A stretch of DNA of 63,189 nucleotides, from positions 1 through 63,189 of the forward strand of contig CALXRQ010000006.1 of the NCBI GenBank assembly GCA_944390895.1, read 5' to 3'. Each line of letters starts with the position of its first letter. The first letter of the stretch is position 1. This document shows, piece after piece, positions 58,482 to 63,189 of the stretch. Source of the DNA: an uncultured Alphaproteobacteria bacterium (lineage in GTDB: Bacteria; Pseudomonadota; Alphaproteobacteria; RF32; CAG-239). Both the position numbers and the translations under genes were made by a program. Under the pieces are notes generated by a model. That model had not been told where the DNA came from, made no database searches, and worked only from the letters and a program-made list of their open reading frames with translations.

Positions 58482-59114
58482 TTAGTTTAGTTTCAGTTCT
58501 CCGGTTTCAAACAACGAAACAATCCTGTCGATTTCTTCCGGAAAGTAAATAAACTCGGGATACATCAGCCAAACGGTTAAAATCCGACGATAATCGGCCG
58601 CGGTCATTTCCTTGGCAACGACGGGGTCCGCCGGGTTTTCCCCGGTGGAGAGAAGACGTTTAATCAGGCTGTATTCCAGAGAACGCAACGTGATGAAACG
58701 CGGTTTTATCTGGACGACGTCCAGCAGGTTGGGCGTTTCCTGCGAGCACTTTTCAACTTCCTTGAAATAGTGTTCAAACAGCGGGTCTTCTTCCGACGTT
58801 TGGTTTGAAGGCGCTTCAGCGTCTTCTTTCCGGGCTGCCTGACGGATATACGTTTTCAAAACAATGTGGCAGAACACGCGGAAATCCTGTTTGTAAGGAT
58901 TTTTGTCCGTTGCCTGCAGAAGTTCAAACTGCTGCTCCGGGTCTATGACAATCCGGGAAAAATCTTTGTAGACTTTGTGTTCTCGTCCCATGCGTATCGC
59001 CATGATGCCCAAAAAGCTTTTTTTGGCGTCTGCCGGCGTCTGAATACCGTCGGTAATGCGAAAAATGCGGTCCTGAAGTGCCAAAACGGTAGTTTCTTTT
59101 GCAAGTGTTTCCAT
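58482..59114 (-). CDS. Hypothetical helical protein (paralog trio, gene 1)
   Basis: 210 aa, divergent from groES, AT-rich leader. Confidence 0.72.
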   Translation of the reverse strand: METLAKETTVLALQDRIFRITDGIQTPADAKKSFLGIMAIRMGREHKVYKDFSRIVIDPEQQFELLQATDKNPYKQDFRVFCHIVLKTYIRQAARKEDAEAPSNQTSEEDPLFEHYFKEVEKCSQETPNLLDVVQIKPRFITLRSLEYSLIKRLLSTGENPADPVVAKEMTAADYRRILTVWLMYPEFIYFPEEIDRIVSLFETGELKLN

Positions 59115-59243
59115 TTTAAAACAAATTTAGTTATACATATATTTAGAAATAATTATAATTCTCAGCGTTTTAAAATATGCTTATACAAAAATTTTGTCAA
59201 AACCTTTTTGAGTTTATTTTTAATTTTTTTTTGCGCGGTTTTG

Positions 59244-59272
59244 CTTGACTTTGGATATTGCAATTCCTAACT
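59244..59272 (+). promoter_or_regulatory. RpoH-type promoter of groESL
   Basis: CTTGAC-N16-CCTAACT, similar to the alphaproteobacterial RpoH consensus. Confidence 0.6.
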
Positions 59273-59319
59273 AAGAGATTAGTTAAATACCATATGTTAA
59301 TTTGAGGAGTTGAAAAACT

Positions 59320-59610
59320 ATGAAAATCACACCTTTACAGGATCGAGTTGTTATCAGAAGACTTGATGAAAACACCAAAACGGCCGGCGGAATCATTATT
59401 CCTGATACCGCCAAGGAAAAACCAAGCGAAGGTATTGTCGAAGCCGTTGGTCCGGGAATGACAAACCCTGAGGGAAAGGTCATCCCAATGAATGTCAAGG
59501 TCGGTGATAAGGTTTTGTTCGGCAAATGGTCCGGAACCGAAATCAAGGTTAACGGCGAAGATCGCCTGATTGTGAAAGAACCGGAAATTTTGGCCGTTAT
59601 CAGCGACTAA
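59320..59610 (+). CDS. groES: Co-chaperonin GroES
   Basis: [39 protein letters not shown]. Confidence 0.99.
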   Translation: MKITPLQDRVVIRRLDENTKTAGGIIIPDTAKEKPSEGIVEAVGPGMTNPEGKVIPMNVKVGDKVLFGKWSGTEIKVNGEDRLIVKEPEILAVISD

Positions 59611-59654
59611 TGGGCGTTTTGACCGATTTCAGACGTTGAAATAAAGTGTTATGA

Positions 59655-61319
<1,665 letters not shown>

Positions 61320-61341
61320 TTCCGTATAGAGTGAAAAAATT

Positions 61342-61371
61342 AAGGAGAGCATTAATTGCTCTCCTTTTTTT
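61342..61371 (+). terminator. Terminator after groEL
   Basis: AAGGAGAGCA-ttaat-TGCTCTCCTT followed by a T-run. Confidence 0.85.
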
Positions 61372-61553
61372 GTGCATATTTTCGTAAATAGACAAATTTT
61401 TGGCAAGGATGTGTTGACACAATGTCCAAAATGTGCTATTTCTGTAAGTGAAAAGAAATTATTATGGCTGCAAAGATACGATTGTGTATAAAGGTGTTTT
61501 ACCTTTCCTGATAATTTTCTTTTTTATGTCTAATCATTTAATCTTTTAATATT

Positions 61554-62453
61554 ATGTACGGATACGAAAGTGAAGAAAAGAGAAAACAACGTGAAGAAGA
61601 AAAGAAAGCTCAGGTGAAAAAAATTATGAAGTTCAGCCTTTATGGTGTGCTGGTTCTTGTAAGTTTTTTCTTTGTTTTGGGATGTTACTCAGTGATGAGT
61701 GCCGAAGAGGTTGGTGTGAAAGTCACTTTAGGTAAAATTGATGATGGTGTTCATCGCGGTTTTTCCTTCAAGTGGCCTTTCATTTCATCGTTTAAGAGAT
61801 TTCCGACCACTGCTCAGAGAATTGAGCGTCGGGACGCTGCTTACACGAAAGACATCCAGACTGCGTCCATAAAGTATGTCGTGACATACCGAATAGTGGA
61901 CCAAGCTGCCGATGAGATGTACAAAGCGTATGGCATGGCTTACGAGAGTAAGCTGATCATGCCGGCACTTGACGGTGTTATCAAAAACGTTGTCGGCCGC
62001 TGGAACGCTCAGGAACTTGTCGGCAATCGCGAGAAAGCGAGAATGGAAATCCAAGAGCAGCTTCGGAAAGAAATCAATTCGAAGTATATCACGGACATTG
62101 TCTATCAGCTTGCGGATGTCGATTATTCCGACGCCTTTGAAAAGTCTATTGAGGACAAGGTGATGGCTGAGCAAAAAGCTCTCAAAGCTATCAACGAAAC
62201 CCGAGAAATAGAAGAGAAAGGCCGTCAGAAGATCGTTCAGGCTCAGGCTGATTCAGCTGCGGTAGTTATTGCCTCCAAAGCAAGTGCCGAAGCTCTTGAC
62301 ATTGAAGGTAAGGCTCTTGCCCGCAATGCTCAGGCTATCCGCTTGCGCGAGCTGGAAGTTCAGGCCAAGTTTGCAGAGAAACTTAATCCGCAGACTTTGG
62401 TTATTACCGACAGTAAGTCCGGCATGATGCTGAACCTGGGCAACGGAAAGTAA
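61554..62453 (+). CDS. SPFH/prohibitin-family membrane protein
   Basis: N-terminal TM, VGVKVTLG...GFSFKWPF, TKDIQ, AFEKSIEDK..AEQ, Ala/Glu coiled coil. Confidence 0.88.
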   Translation: MYGYESEEKRKQREEEKKAQVKKIMKFSLYGVLVLVSFFFVLGCYSVMSAEEVGVKVTLGKIDDGVHRGFSFKWPFISSFKRFPTTAQRIERRDAAYTKDIQTASIKYVVTYRIVDQAADEMYKAYGMAYESKLIMPALDGVIKNVVGRWNAQELVGNREKARMEIQEQLRKEINSKYITDIVYQLADVDYSDAFEKSIEDKVMAEQKALKAINETREIEEKGRQKIVQAQADSAAVVIASKASAEALDIEGKALARNAQAIRLRELEVQAKFAEKLNPQTLVITDSKSGMMLNLGNGK

Positions 62454-62491
62454 AATACTTTGTTTTGCAAAATAAAAAAGCCGATTTTTTA

Positions 62492-62520
62492 TCCTCCACT
62501 GTGAAGCGGGGGTTTTTTTT
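62492..62520 (+). terminator. Probable terminator after the SPFH gene
   Basis: CCTCCAC-tgtgaa-GCGGGGG (imperfect) followed by a T-run. Confidence 0.55.
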
Positions 62521-62569
62521 ATGCTTTTTTTAAATTTTGAGATTATATTACAGGCAAGGGAGATTGAAA

Positions 62570-63058
62570 ATGAACGATCCGGTCAATTTGGAAAAACTTG
62601 CGGAACTCAGAGACAGAGGAATTATCGACGAGGCGACGTTTGAGGAACAGAAGCGGACGATTTTTGCCAAAGCAATGCGGGAAACGGGAGAACACGGAAA
62701 TCCCAAAAGCGGGATTGTCTATATCCTGCTGGCCTGGTTTTTGGGAACAATCGGCATTCATAACTTTTATGCCGGATATGTCGTGCGCGCTTCGGTTCAA
62801 TTGCTGCTGACGCTTTTTTCTCCGATGTTTTTGTTTGTTCCGCTGATTGTAACCGCACTGTGGGCTTTTGCCGAGCTTTTGTTTCAGAACAAATCTCGGG
62901 GCGGCCGTCGTTTCGGCGGTAACCGGATGATAATTCGTCTGTTGCGGTTGGCGTCGATTGTCTGGTTTGGTTTTGCGGTTTATTCGGCAGCGTTTGTTCA
63001 GTTTGACATCCCTTTGGAACTGCCGACGGATGAGGACCTATCCATTGCAGAGCAGTGA
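62570..63058 (+). CDS. SHOCT + TM2 domain membrane protein
   Basis: LEKLAELRDRGIIDEATFEEQK (SHOCT); KSGIVYILLAWFLGTIGIHNFYAG (TM2). Confidence 0.85.
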   Translation: MNDPVNLEKLAELRDRGIIDEATFEEQKRTIFAKAMRETGEHGNPKSGIVYILLAWFLGTIGIHNFYAGYVVRASVQLLLTLFSPMFLFVPLIVTALWAFAELLFQNKSRGGRRFGGNRMIIRLLRLASIVWFGFAVYSAAFVQFDIPLELPTDEDLSIAEQ

Positions 63059-63189
63059 GTTTTCTTTGCCGCTTGATCGCTAACGCATAACTGTCTGCGG
63101 GGTTGTTTGTATAAAAATGTTTTCTAAGGCGGTATAATTATTTGATTTTTTGAGAGATCATAAAAAATATAAAAAAATTCAAAAAAAGT

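Overview
A chromosomal, mostly housekeeping window from an alphaproteobacterium. The taxonomy is inferred from addA-trxA, DUF2336/DUF2333, the rimP-nusA-ylxR-infB-rbfA-truB-rpsO-pnp order, rplY-pth-ychF and a perfect CtrA-type box. It holds about 60 CDS: addA (partial), trxA, hemW, hslUV, comM, rpsF-rpsR-rplI, nrdAB with two NrdR boxes, ampG, yicC-gmk, cysK, tyrA, lptG, the nusA-infB operon, pnp, rplY-pth-ychF, trmL, gloB, a GAF/HD-GYP protein, murJ, typA, htpG, groES-groEL and scattered orphans. I saw no rRNA, tRNA, CRISPR, transposase or prophage. The most striking features: (1) a tandem array of about 3.5 copies of a 114-bp palindromic element whose 38-aa translation resembles the Rickettsia palindromic element RPE1, fused to the 5' end of hemW, with an internal 1-bp frameshift and a repeat-supplied rescue start; (2) three further 107-126-bp hairpins (rplI 3' end, infB-rbfA spacer, typA 5' UTR) with unrelated stems but the same TCRYGTAC-N6-GTACRY apex, suggesting a dispersed family of RPE-like elements; (3) a 1044-aa lipoprotein with four unrecognised Cys-paired repeats and a catalytically dead trypsin-like domain, abutting hslV; (4) two orphan paralog families; (5) a BacNav-like channel with a TLDGW filter. 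All calls come from motif recognition by eye; no database searches were run.
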